From Candidatus Heimdallarchaeota archaeon (GTDB taxonomy: Archaea > Asgardarchaeota > Heimdallarchaeia > Hodarchaeales > Hodarchaeaceae), in assembly GCA_020353515.1 (NCBI GenBank), contig CP070695.1, forward strand, positions 1,029,161 to 1,077,483: 48,323 bases of DNA, given 5' to 3'. Made by a program: the position numbers and the translations under genes. Shown here in pieces: positions 19,114 through 28,919 of this stretch; positions within the stretch are counted from its first letter, which is position 1, and each line of letters starts with the position of its first letter. The notes beneath the pieces are model-generated. The model ran no database searches and was not told where the DNA came from. It worked only from the letters and a program-made list of their open reading frames with translations.

Positions 19114-19824
19114 GTGTTTTCATTGATGTTAGATAAGTCTCCTAGAACGATAATTGGCATGTTCAATTCAATAGCACATAAGTATGATCTCATGAACGAC
19201 CTAATGACTGTTTTTAGTCATAGACGAACAAGAAAATTAGCAGCACAGTTATCCAACTTTGAATCTAGTAAGAAAGCCTTAGATCTTGCTACTGGAACAG
19301 GAGATTTTACTTTTTCATTGTTTAAAGAAGCTCAGGGAACTATCATAGGAGCCGACATGTCTGATAAAATGTTGTCAATAGCATTAAATAGATCGCAGGA
19401 TTTGGGTACTAATAAACACATCTCTTTTACACTTGTAGATATTGATCATCTACCGTTCCCAGATGAGAGTTTTGATGTCTGTACGATAGGTTATGGGATT
19501 CGAAACGTTCCCGATCCGCTAAATACAATGAAAGAAGTAGCCCGTGTTACAAAGAATGGTGGAAGGTTTATAATTGTTGAAGCCACTCCTCCAACTAATT
19601 ATCAGGTGAAATTTCTTGTGCTTTTCTATTTTAGAAAATTAGTCCCGTTACTAGCCAAGGTTTTATCTGCAAATACTAATGCCTATACATATTTTGCAGA
19701 GAGTATATCCCAATTTCCTAAAGCATTAGAATTTTCTAAGATTATTAAACAAGCAGGATGGAAGAAAGTTTTTTGGTATCCACTCTATCATGAAACTGTC
19801 ACAATTTTTTTAGCTGATAAATAG
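19114..19824 (+). CDS. menG: Demethylmenaquinone/ubiquinone methyltransferase (MenG/UbiE)
   Basis: 'MFNSIAHKYDLMNDL', 'LDLATGTGD', 'LPFPDESFD', 'YGIRNV', 'AYTYFAESI'. Confidence 0.9.
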   Translation: MFSLMLDKSPRTIIGMFNSIAHKYDLMNDLMTVFSHRRTRKLAAQLSNFESSKKALDLATGTGDFTFSLFKEAQGTIIGADMSDKMLSIALNRSQDLGTNKHISFTLVDIDHLPFPDESFDVCTIGYGIRNVPDPLNTMKEVARVTKNGGRFIIVEATPPTNYQVKFLVLFYFRKLVPLLAKVLSANTNAYTYFAESISQFPKALEFSKIIKQAGWKKVFWYPLYHETVTIFLADK

Positions 19825-19851
19825 GTATTATTTTAAAAAAGGTGAATATAA

Positions 19852-20379
19852 CTGAATGAACATAATTTTACTTTTTCATTTGTTGAAAAACAAGTTAGAA
19901 CGAAAACATTTGGAGTTTTGACAACTTTAAATAAGGATGGAACACCACATACGACAGGTATCCTTTATGAAGTCTCCCCACCGTCCTCTAAATTCGCATT
20001 ATACTGCTTAACATCAAAAAAGTATAAGAAAGCCCGAAATATTGAGCAAAATCCAAATATTTCCCTTCTTATTCCCTTTCCACACTTTTATATCCGTTTT
20101 GCACCCTCTTCTACGGTTACGATTCAAGGGAAAGCAGATTTTATCCCGACAAACGATATGGAAACACAAAATGTCTTTAGAAAGAAACGTATTCTTAGAT
20201 TAATCATTAGTGAAATCAAGCAAAGAGAACAAGAATCCTTGACTTTCATTAGGATTAAACCTCAAAATAAGGTTTTATGTTATGGCTTAGGCTTTAATAT
20301 ATTCAAATTAAGAAAAGGCCATGCACAAGGTGGTTACTCTGTAATTATTCCACAAGATAGATTATTCAAGGATAATTAG
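19852..20379 (+). CDS. Pyridoxamine 5'-phosphate oxidase-like (split-barrel flavin-binding) protein; probable CTG start
   Basis: 'FGVLTTLNKDGTPH', 'KARNIEQNPNISL'. The frame is open 22 codons upstream of TTG 19918 to CTG 19852, 6 nt after GGTGA. Confidence 0.8.
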   Translation: MNEHNFTFSFVEKQVRTKTFGVLTTLNKDGTPHTTGILYEVSPPSSKFALYCLTSKKYKKARNIEQNPNISLLIPFPHFYIRFAPSSTVTIQGKADFIPTNDMETQNVFRKKRILRLIISEIKQREQESLTFIRIKPQNKVLCYGLGFNIFKLRKGHAQGGYSVIIPQDRLFKDN

Positions 20380-20428
20380 TCTTGGAAAACGGTAATCTTT
20401 ATTAACTACAATAATTATCTGCTGTTTC

Positions 20429-21061
20429 ATGTCATATACTCTTGAGGAATTGTATAAAATCCAGAAAAAGGATATGAAAAACGCATGTGAAATTTTGGGA
20501 GCGGCATTTCAAGATGATCCTGCATGGATTCATGTAATTCCTGATAAAAATCAGAGGAAAAAGAAGTTACCCACCGTTTTTGAGTATGTTATACGTTATT
20601 CATTGCAATACGGAGACATCTATGCTCCTACAGAAACTCTTGAAGGAATTGCCGCATGGACACCCCATACAACTGTGGACCCATCACTATGGAGAATTCT
20701 CAGAAGTGGAGCTTTTCTAGCCGCAGCAAAAATGGGAAGTGAGATTGGTAGAAAAATTCAGAACCTCTTCGATGTAATTGATAAAGATCGCAGAGAGCAT
20801 ATGAAAGATAGATCTTATTTATATCTTCAAATCATCGGTGTTTTACCAGAATTCCAAGGACAAGGGTTTGGAGGAAGATTACTGAAACCAATGTTTGCAA
20901 AGGCGGATATAGAACGCATTCCGATCTATTTAGAGACAGAAACTAAAAAGAATGCTCAGATGTACTCAAAATATGGTTTTGTAACCTTAAAAGAGGGACG
21001 TGCTCCTAATGCTGATTTCAATTTTTGGGAGATGGTAAGAGAACCACAAAATAATAAATGA
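20429..21061 (+). CDS. GNAT N-acetyltransferase
   Basis: 'AAFQDDP', 'YLQIIGVLPEFQGQGFGGRLL', 'IYLET', 'YSKYGF'. Confidence 0.92.
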   Translation: MSYTLEELYKIQKKDMKNACEILGAAFQDDPAWIHVIPDKNQRKKKLPTVFEYVIRYSLQYGDIYAPTETLEGIAAWTPHTTVDPSLWRILRSGAFLAAAKMGSEIGRKIQNLFDVIDKDRREHMKDRSYLYLQIIGVLPEFQGQGFGGRLLKPMFAKADIERIPIYLETETKKNAQMYSKYGFVTLKEGRAPNADFNFWEMVREPQNNK

Positions 21062-21102
21062 TGTTGTAAAAGGACTGGAAATAATCTTGTGGAGCTAGAA
21101 TT

Positions 21103-21630
21103 ATGAACGTAATAGAGATTACCGAATTAGAGCAATTGCTTTTAGGCTTGTACTTGATGGCACACGGTTCAATACATATAATGTTTTTATTCTATCATTA
21201 TGATGAAAAAGATAATGCATACTTAGGTTGGTCACGACAATCCTGGTTATTAGACAAAGTAATAGCCCAAAAATATACTAGTTATATTGGAAAAATTACT
21301 TGGATTCTTATTGTGATTTTATTCGGGGTGAGTGGATTATTATTAGCATTATCTGGTCTCGGCTTATTCGTCATTAATGAGTACTTATCTCTATTGATAA
21401 TCGTTTCTTCAGCTATTGCAACATTAGCCTTTATAGTGTTCTACGATGGATTGTCTCCAACACCTTTTCATTGGATCCTTGGAGTAGTAATTAATTTAGT
21501 TTTAATTGCTTTCACAATCTTCTTTCCAAATAATGGAACGCTAGTATTGGGTACACTAATACTCATATTTCTTTATGGAATGCTAATTCATTCAAGAATT
21601 ATATCTTTTTTTAAGTTACAAGACAAGTGA
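21103..21630 (+). CDS. Membrane protein of unknown function
   Basis: About 5 TM segments; 'AHGSIH', 'SWLL' motifs. Confidence 0.75.
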   Translation: MNVIEITELEQLLLGLYLMAHGSIHIMFLFYHYDEKDNAYLGWSRQSWLLDKVIAQKYTSYIGKITWILIVILFGVSGLLLALSGLGLFVINEYLSLLIIVSSAIATLAFIVFYDGLSPTPFHWILGVVINLVLIAFTIFFPNNGTLVLGTLILIFLYGMLIHSRIISFFKLQDK

Positions 21631-21777
21631 AACATTTAAATAACCTTAATCAAAATAACAACCATTGAATGGGGTAATCCCAGATAACAAAAGGATAAAA
21701 ACTGTTAGAAGACAGATAAAAATCCGACAAAACATTTAAAACTTTCTCTGATCTAGATTTTTGAAATAGCTACACAT

Positions 21778-22509
21778 TTGAAAAAGAACCAAAAAAAGAA
21801 ATGGAGCAAACTCATATTGAGTCCAGTCTGTAAGAATTGTAGGAATTATGTAATGGGTTTTCCATGTCCTCATTGTGGGGGTGAACAAGCACTCACAGAT
21901 CGTGAATCTGATGAAATAAAACCAATTATTCCTTTAGATCTTCAAGAATCGTTTAAAGAACCCCCACCACCAATAGATGATTCAGACTCGAGTAGTCCCC
22001 CTTATCAACCTCCTGCGCCTCAACATGAATATTCTCCTCCCCCTCCACAAAGCCCCCCTACTCCCCCTCCACCAGTTACTCCTCCTCAGACGAAACTATC
22101 CTATACACCCCCACCTGCTACAACTCCAGAACCAGTACCTTACAAACCTCCCCCTAAAGAAGTACCACCACAACCTCCCCCTCCTAGTGTGGAACAGGAA
22201 ATACAACCAGTCTCCCCACCAACTCCCCCTAAGGTATCTTTTACGGTTTCAAAAGATGATTCTGGATTAACTGTTCCTCTTGATGAAGTCAAAGCACAAT
22301 TCAAACAAATAGAGTCTCACTTCAAAAAAATCTACAATCATCAAAAGAATTCTGATTCTCAAGCAAAGAAATTTCAAGTGAACTTTAAAGATATCGGTAT
22401 GAGGCTTAATAAAATCGAGAAAAGCTTAAAGATTCTCTTGGACACTAATAAAAAGCTTGAATCAATCCATAAGGACACCTCTAAGGATCTTAAAAAGGTT
22501 AAACTATAA
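21778..22509 (+). CDS. Zn-ribbon / polyproline / coiled-coil protein
   Basis: 'CKNC...CPHCG', about 90-aa Pro-rich tract, C-terminal heptad pattern. Start uncertain. Confidence 0.8.
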   Translation: MKKNQKKKWSKLILSPVCKNCRNYVMGFPCPHCGGEQALTDRESDEIKPIIPLDLQESFKEPPPPIDDSDSSSPPYQPPAPQHEYSPPPPQSPPTPPPPVTPPQTKLSYTPPPATTPEPVPYKPPPKEVPPQPPPPSVEQEIQPVSPPTPPKVSFTVSKDDSGLTVPLDEVKAQFKQIESHFKKIYNHQKNSDSQAKKFQVNFKDIGMRLNKIEKSLKILLDTNKKLESIHKDTSKDLKKVKL

Positions 22510-22585
22510 GATTTCTTCCATAAATTGAGGATAAATGGAACAAATAAAGACCAGTTATCAGTTTATCAATCAAAAAATAATAATA

Positions 22586-22608
22586 GTAGAGTAGACTAAA
22601 TACTCTAC
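22586..22608. terminator. 8-bp inverted repeat between convergent genes
   Basis: GTAGAGTA-gactaaa-TACTCTAC. Confidence 0.35.
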
Positions 22609-22624
22609 AATCCATTCCTGATAT

Positions 22625-24043
22625 CTACTTAAGTAAGAAGTCTAAAGCTTTCTCTTTAATTTTCTCCAAGGTTGTAGATTCAATAGTTCCTTCGGCATAT
22701 TCGATAAGCACGCTGAGTTTTCCAGCACAAGTAACTGCACCCAAATTAAAAGTAACAGTAACTAGTGGAAATCCAGCACCAGGATTAAAGATCAAACGAT
22801 CTAACTCTAAGGAGCCGTACATTCTTGGAAAGTCTAAACGTGTGAGATTTGACACTGCTGTGCCTAAAGAAGGTGTGTCTAAAGAATCAATATTTCCTCT
22901 TTTAAGAGCAGAAGAGACTACATCTTTTTGTTTGCTGAATGTGGAAAGTTTTCCATGCCTTGGAGAGTCTGAGGGAATAAAACTTCCTAGAATTTTGAAA
23001 CTGAGAGATTCCATAATAGCTGGTTCAAGATAACACCAATTTAACGGTTCTTTGAATAGATTCTTGTTTGTATAGAGCTGTTCCGCTTTCTGATGGACTT
23101 TGCGTGCATTCTCCCAGAAACTAATTTTTTGATTGTATTTATATTTAAGAGTTACTCCACCAGCAAAATATCCCATAGCTTCCCCAGCAGGGCTTGGAAG
23201 GCGGTCTCTCATATTTCCAGCAATGATAATGCTTGAAAGATAAGGTTTATCACCTTGAATGAGGTATTGAGCACCAACAAACGCGGTTGTTAATGCTGTA
23301 TTGACAGAAACACCCTCTTTTCTACAACGATCAACCAATGCCGAAGTTTCAGCCTCAGAAAGTTCAACAGGTAACATTTCGTGTTTATAATTCTTCCAAT
23401 AAGCTTCATTGAGAGCTTTATAATCTTCGTGATCAAAGAAAATTGGGTTTTTCGTCCACTTTCTGTTCATTCGATTGATAAAAAACTTGACAATAGGATT
23501 AATGGAAACATTTTTGGGTAAATTGTCTTTGTCAATAGGTACTGGGTCAGGTAGTACTTCCACTTCTCGAGTTGGATCGCCAAGATGAACCATTAAATCT
23601 CTTGCAAGATATGCTAATGACATCCCATCACATATAATATGATGGCATAAAACTATCAATTCAGATATCTGCGTAGATTGTACTAATATAAATCGGATAG
23701 GGGGACGTTCCTCAAAATCAAAAGGAACCTTACAAGCCTCATGAAAAACTTCTATCCAATGTTCATCCGATTTTCGGGTAACGATTTCAATTGATATGTC
23801 TTTAATCCCTTCAGAGGTAAACCATGGAATGTGATCTTCATCCTCTTGAATCCGAATCCTGAGGTTTAGATGTCTCTGTTGGACTTTATTAACAGCGTCT
23901 TTTAGCGAACTTTCTGATATAATTCCTTTTATCCGAGCTACCATTGTAACGATCGCATATGGGGATCGTGTAAACATCCGTTCTAAAGGACTAACCTTTC
24001 TTTCATATTTTTTGACTTTTATTGTTTCTGACATTTGGTACAA
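22625..24043 (-). CDS. Condensation-domain / alcohol acyltransferase (PapA5/AATase-like)
   Basis: Catalytic HHxxxDG 'CHHIICDGMS', 'RHLNLR', 'CRKEGVSVN', 'SNLTRL'. Confidence 0.88.
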   Translation of the reverse strand: MYQMSETIKVKKYERKVSPLERMFTRSPYAIVTMVARIKGIISESSLKDAVNKVQQRHLNLRIRIQEDEDHIPWFTSEGIKDISIEIVTRKSDEHWIEVFHEACKVPFDFEERPPIRFILVQSTQISELIVLCHHIICDGMSLAYLARDLMVHLGDPTREVEVLPDPVPIDKDNLPKNVSINPIVKFFINRMNRKWTKNPIFFDHEDYKALNEAYWKNYKHEMLPVELSEAETSALVDRCRKEGVSVNTALTTAFVGAQYLIQGDKPYLSSIIIAGNMRDRLPSPAGEAMGYFAGGVTLKYKYNQKISFWENARKVHQKAEQLYTNKNLFKEPLNWCYLEPAIMESLSFKILGSFIPSDSPRHGKLSTFSKQKDVVSSALKRGNIDSLDTPSLGTAVSNLTRLDFPRMYGSLELDRLIFNPGAGFPLVTVTFNLGAVTCAGKLSVLIEYAEGTIESTTLEKIKEKALDFLLK

Positions 24044-24197
24044 GACCTTCGTTACACATCTGTAAACCTGAATCTCTTTTTCTTACGATTCTACTAGGTC
24101 AATGAACATAATTAATTTTGGCTTTATAAATATTTTCATAAAAACACAAAAATTCAGAAAAGTATTTAAGCTAATATGAGAATATTTATGACGTACC

Positions 24198-25352
24198 ATG
24201 AACACTATTGATATAAAGAGAGAATTTATTAGATTTATGGAGGAGAAACATGCTGGGCTTCTTTTCCCTAAAAATTATTTTGGTTGTATGATGGCAGTAT
24301 TGATAGAACAGGAGCCTATCACACAAGACAACATCAAGAAGCTTACAAATTACTCTAAAACAACAATTTCTCAGATGTTAAAACTCCTCCAAGTGAATTT
24401 TCCATTAATTCAAATTAAAAAGCCAAAAATCAGGAAAAAATACTATTCAATTAATCTATCTACTGGAGAGTTCATGATTACATTTCTAAGGATGTTAATT
24501 GAGGCATATAGAGATAAAGTTGACTTTATTCTTCCATTGATTGAGGAGATTAAACCATATACCAAGAAACATCAAAAATTTCAAAATTTCAGTGAATTCC
24601 TTGAAAATTTCTTCAAAAACTCCTCACTCTATATCAAACTACTTACAGATTCATCTGAAGAGTTTAGTATTCTGGTAAAATCTGAAAAAATTGAAATCGA
24701 TGAATTAATATCGACGGATCTCATTAATTCCCCTGAGAACCAGACATATATTCAGAGTCTATTTACCCCCCCCAAATTACCAACATCTATCTTTATTCAA
24801 CGAATTGGAGATAAAGAGCTATCTAGGATCTATGTCCAGATCAAAAATAAGTTTTACCAAAAATTTAGACAAAATTTAACCTCAGCGAGATCACGAACAG
24901 CAATTGCTAGAGCAGTAATTGGAACTGAATTATTATTAGAAAAAAGACCTCTGACTCAGAAGGAGCTTGAACGTGCGACTGGTTTTCAAAGAAGTACCAT
25001 CTCAGATACTCTGAAATTGTTATTGAATTTGAAAATGGTTCAACTGATCAAAAAACCTGGTGATCGCAAAAAATACTATATGATCGTCCAATCCTGGGAT
25101 GCCAGAACGATTAATAGAATGAGGGCAAATATCGGTTACGCGATTGAGATGCAAGAAGGAATAAGTGATTTTATCGAAATAACAAAACAGATTGACACAG
25201 GGGAGGAAATCAACTCCCTACTTACGTTTCTTCATCATATTCATCATTCTTATAAACAATTTGAGCAATACTTCAAACTGCTTGAGGTAAAATATCTTAA
25301 TATACGACTGAAAGAATATTTAGCCCGTGAAACAATCCCTCTAACTTCTTGA
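24198..25352 (+). CDS. GbsR/MarR-type regulator with two winged-HTH modules
   Basis: 'PITQDNIKKLTNYSKTTISQMLKLL...RKKYY' and 'PLTQKELERATGFQRSTISDTLKLL...RKKYY'. Divergent from the acyltransferase. Confidence 0.85.
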   Translation: MNTIDIKREFIRFMEEKHAGLLFPKNYFGCMMAVLIEQEPITQDNIKKLTNYSKTTISQMLKLLQVNFPLIQIKKPKIRKKYYSINLSTGEFMITFLRMLIEAYRDKVDFILPLIEEIKPYTKKHQKFQNFSEFLENFFKNSSLYIKLLTDSSEEFSILVKSEKIEIDELISTDLINSPENQTYIQSLFTPPKLPTSIFIQRIGDKELSRIYVQIKNKFYQKFRQNLTSARSRTAIARAVIGTELLLEKRPLTQKELERATGFQRSTISDTLKLLLNLKMVQLIKKPGDRKKYYMIVQSWDARTINRMRANIGYAIEMQEGISDFIEITKQIDTGEEINSLLTFLHHIHHSYKQFEQYFKLLEVKYLNIRLKEYLARETIPLTS

Positions 25353-25457
25353 CTTCATTTAGTGTTTGCCACAAAGGATAATGTTTTACGTTACCAGTCA
25401 ATATTCTGGAATTATTCTGATAATGGTCAGAAATACTTAATTCAAAGGGTAAAAAAA

Positions 25458-26288
25458 ATGGAAGTTCAACGACTTTACCTATATAATCCTGATAAGAGAA
25501 GGAGTTTAGATGTTCAAGGCTCTGTTAAGACATCTTTACTATTATTAGATCGTATGTTGGTCTATTTGGCTGACCATAAGCCTGATATTCTTGATGAATA
25601 CATTTCTGGTTTAGAATTGAAATACAAGTCCGCTGTTATGAGTAGCTTTAACATTACTGACTCGCTTGATCTTTCTAATACTAGTACAGAGATGAAAATT
25701 CTAATGGATTTCCCAGATCTCCTAAAAACTTGTGCGGATTTCCTCCTTACAATGCTTGATGTTCCTCAAGATTATGCTTGGGAACCCCAAGAACTCGATT
25801 TGTTGACAGTAAACGTGACTAAAGCAAGTTACCATCATTTCTATTATCGAGCTAAACTCTTGACTGATCTGATGGACAGAGATGAAGCAATTCAACTATT
25901 GAAAGAGTTTATTGATTTTGCAATTGCGAAATATGCCCAGGTACCAACATACGAGGATCTAACTTCGATGTATGAAGATAACATCCGTGAATCTTATGAG
26001 AATGAGTCAGCAGACTGGATAGCTATACCCGTTAGCGAAGGCAGGTACATTTCTAGAGGAGACAAATGTGGCCCCTATGTGGTGTTAAAGGAATTCAATG
26101 ATCCAGAACTGGCTTACATCGTCGCCTGTTATGGAGATTATGCTCTGATAAAGAAAAGGAATGAGAATTTCGTACTTACAAGAACCCATACTCAGATGAA
26201 TGGTCCCTATTGCGATACCTGTATTCACGATACCAGGATCGTGGACAAAATAGAACATCCTCCAAAAGAAGTGTTTGAAAATCTTTAA
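25458..26288 (+). CDS. ATC-hydrolase-like (L-2-amino-thiazoline-4-carboxylate hydrolase family) protein
   Basis: 'KC...', 'ACYGDY', 'LTRTHTQMNGPYCDTC' pattern. ATG 25458 is preferred over GTG 25362. Confidence 0.7.
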   Translation: MEVQRLYLYNPDKRRSLDVQGSVKTSLLLLDRMLVYLADHKPDILDEYISGLELKYKSAVMSSFNITDSLDLSNTSTEMKILMDFPDLLKTCADFLLTMLDVPQDYAWEPQELDLLTVNVTKASYHHFYYRAKLLTDLMDRDEAIQLLKEFIDFAIAKYAQVPTYEDLTSMYEDNIRESYENESADWIAIPVSEGRYISRGDKCGPYVVLKEFNDPELAYIVACYGDYALIKKRNENFVLTRTHTQMNGPYCDTCIHDTRIVDKIEHPPKEVFENL

Positions 26289-26307
26289 TTTTAGATCAAA
26301 ATTTCTA

Positions 26308-26856
26308 CTATTTAATTGAGGTTATAATCTTCTCCTCCTCCTGACTTGATCCTTTCCCAGTTAAACGTAGAGCGGTTACAATATACTCTTGCATCTGTGA
26401 TTGATGAATTTGCTCTATTAGAGGTGCATTTTGTTCAGTTAATTCAATCCATTTGTGAAGTTCCGATTCAATTACTTGTTCTTGAATTTCAATTCTTAAT
26501 TGATGATTCTTAAGGCATTTTTCTCGTGATATTGTTTTGGCTTGCTTTAATAAAGCCATCGCTTGGTTGAGATTACCATTGATTAATTCTAATTGGCTTT
26601 GGATTACTACGACTTCAATCTCTAGAGTGAACGACTTTTGTTTTCGGGCGATCTCGTTCAGTTGCGCTAGTAATCGCTGGATTTCCTTGAATACTTCTCC
26701 ATGACCAGTACTTGATAATTCCCAGATTAAGATCTCTAACAGGTTAAGCATGGCAAATACGGTCAGATCATGTGAAATACTTTCTTCTTCTGTGATTTGT
26801 TTAAAAACCTCTTACGCTTTAGTCTTCATTGTACTTAACCGTGATTTCTTGAAAAC
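26308..26856 (-). pseudogene. Truncated TPR-type helical protein (C-terminal part only, with premature stop)
   Basis: Upstream of ORF 26308..26751 the same frame reads FKKSRLSTMKTKA*EVFKQITEEESISHDLTVFAMLNLLEIL, with in-frame TAA at 26812-26814. The N-terminal repeats are missing. Confidence 0.65.
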
Positions 26857-26894
26857 TCAATAATTGATGAACTTAGGATCCTTTAATTGATAAA

Positions 26895-27404
26895 TTATTC
26901 TATTTGTTGCAGGATTTCTATAATAAACGATGCTTTTCCCTCCGTATAAGCATCTCTATCTGCACTAAATCGTTGAGCTAGCAATTTTTTCAATTCAGCG
27001 TACTTTTTGGCTTTGTCTGGATGTTGTAGTAGAAAATCACGAAAAAATAGATGATTTTTCCACTCCTGACTGGAAATCTCAAGCATGTGGAGATGGAAAA
27101 CCCTTGGACTTCCTTTAACAAAATAGTGTCTATTTGGAATACCAAATTCTCCTTTATATTCGTACCCTAGATTTTTGAGAGGTTTCACACACTTAAAAGC
27201 TTTCTTAAAGTCGTGTACTGCTACTGCAATATCAATGATTGGCTTCGCCATCATGCCAGGGATAGCTGTACTACCAATATGCTGAATATTCAGGATTTGT
27301 TCACCAATTGCAATCTCTAGTTGTAGTTTTTCTTTGGAATAAACCTGTACCCATTTTGGTGAATAAGGAGAAAGTTTCACAATTCCACGTTTGAGACCAA
27401 TCAT
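26895..27404 (-). CDS. GrpB/UPF0157 family nucleotidyltransferase-fold protein
   Basis: 'HIGSTAIPGMMAKPIIDI', 'FRDFL', 'YAELK', 'YTEGK'. Confidence 0.93.
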   Translation of the reverse strand: MIGLKRGIVKLSPYSPKWVQVYSKEKLQLEIAIGEQILNIQHIGSTAIPGMMAKPIIDIAVAVHDFKKAFKCVKPLKNLGYEYKGEFGIPNRHYFVKGSPRVFHLHMLEISSQEWKNHLFFRDFLLQHPDKAKKYAELKKLLAQRFSADRDAYTEGKASFIIEILQQIE

Positions 27405-27444
27405 ATAACTTCTTGATGTTAATATCGATTGAAAAAGGATAGTC

Positions 27445-27891
27445 CTATTTTGGGAAATTTAGCTTCATCCTCTCAACCACTTGTATTTCCATGAGTACAT
27501 TTCCCCATCCTCCACATTTTAGTCCAATATCGATACAACTGGCTCGATTAAAACGTATTTCATTAGGATCAACTCCGGCATAGAATAATTCTTGTGCAGT
27601 ATAGAGTAGATGATCTATAGATCCTAAAGCATAGATACATATTCTTTTAGGACAATATTTTGTGAGGAGGTTACCCGCACCATCAAAGTAGAATTTATCA
27701 CCTACTTTGTGTTGACTATTACACCCTCGAGCTTCGATTACTTCTATAATGATCGTTTTATTCAATAAATCAGGAGTTTTAGACAAAATATCTTGATTTC
27801 TTACATTAGATATAAATACCTGCATTTCCTCTTTACTATACCCAAAATGATTTCTAAGATTTTTAAACATCTCATCACTTATATTTTCCAT
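27445..27891 (-). CDS. Cys-containing hypothetical protein (TIGR04076-like)
   Basis: 'EVIEARGCNSQHKVGDKF', 'ICIYAL', 'SCIDIG'. Start ATG 27891 follows GGAGG. Confidence 0.65.
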   Translation of the reverse strand: MENISDEMFKNLRNHFGYSKEEMQVFISNVRNQDILSKTPDLLNKTIIIEVIEARGCNSQHKVGDKFYFDGAGNLLTKYCPKRICIYALGSIDHLLYTAQELFYAGVDPNEIRFNRASCIDIGLKCGGWGNVLMEIQVVERMKLNFPK

Positions 27892-28018
27892 TGATTGACC
27901 TCCGTAATTCATTTTTACAATTTAAAAGCAAATAATCAATCTTTATACTTCATTTATACTAATTTTCGATAAGAATTAACTAACTTTAAGTGAAAGAAGA
28001 TTTTTGCTTTGGGTCAAG

Positions 28019-28897
28019 ATGACAGTAGATTTTATCCAAGAGCTGAAAGATTTTCTTGTCAAAGCGAATCTTTCAACTTATTGTATTAACACATACCTTG
28101 CACTTTTAGATTCAAGTGATTTAACAGCTAAAGAAATCGCTAAAAGTTCTGGAGTGCCTATTGGCCGAGTTTACGAGATTTTAGAGGAATTAGATACGAA
28201 GGGAATGGTTACAATTCACGATTCTTGGCCAAAATCGTTTAGTGCGTTACCATTGAATAGAGCATTGTATAATTTGGTTAATTATCAAACAAAGGAGAGT
28301 AAACGAAAAGCAACTTTCTTATTTGACCAAGCAAAAATACTCGAAGCAAAATTGTACAGTTCCGATATTCCTATCAAGACAGAACCTTCAAAAATCTTCT
28401 ATTCAACCATATTAGGGACAAAAGACATCATTCCCTTGTACATTCAATATTTTAATGAATCTCAAGAGGAAATATTAATTAATGAGTTTATCAATGATAC
28501 AACTCTGAAAGTCCTTTCTTTGGCTGAAACCTTCTTTCAAAGTCTCAATAACGCGTTAAAGCGTGGAGTTCAAGTTAAAGTCTTATGGAGTTTAGAATAT
28601 GACAGAGTACCCCTAACAGAAGACCAAAGAAAGAAAGAGATAACACTTTTTAACAAAATAAAAAACCAAATTGAAGAGTTCGGACTCCCTACACAAAATG
28701 AGAATTTCGATATGAAATTTATACATAGTAGAGTCCCAACTTATTATGATATCATAGATAAAAAAAGAGTTCTTATAAAACTCCAGAATCCATCAAGGCC
28801 TTGGCAAATATTTGCTAGCCTAAACATTGTCGATCCATTACTGGCTAGAGAATTAAGAAAGCAATACTACGCTGTATGGCAATTCGATTCAACCTAA
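28019..28897 (+). CDS. TrmB-family transcriptional regulator
   Basis: 'YLALL...LTAKEIAKSSGVPIGRVYEILEELDTKG', C-terminal 'ALKRGVQVKVL', 'IIDKK'. Confidence 0.92.
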   Translation: MTVDFIQELKDFLVKANLSTYCINTYLALLDSSDLTAKEIAKSSGVPIGRVYEILEELDTKGMVTIHDSWPKSFSALPLNRALYNLVNYQTKESKRKATFLFDQAKILEAKLYSSDIPIKTEPSKIFYSTILGTKDIIPLYIQYFNESQEEILINEFINDTTLKVLSLAETFFQSLNNALKRGVQVKVLWSLEYDRVPLTEDQRKKEITLFNKIKNQIEEFGLPTQNENFDMKFIHSRVPTYYDIIDKKRVLIKLQNPSRPWQIFASLNIVDPLLARELRKQYYAVWQFDST

Positions 28898-28919
28898 ACC
28901 AATTGGAACAATTTGAGGT

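Noticed and set aside
21960-22230. C-rich low-complexity DNA as a repeat array or CRISPR
   Set aside because: Explained by proline codons; no repeat-spacer periodicity.
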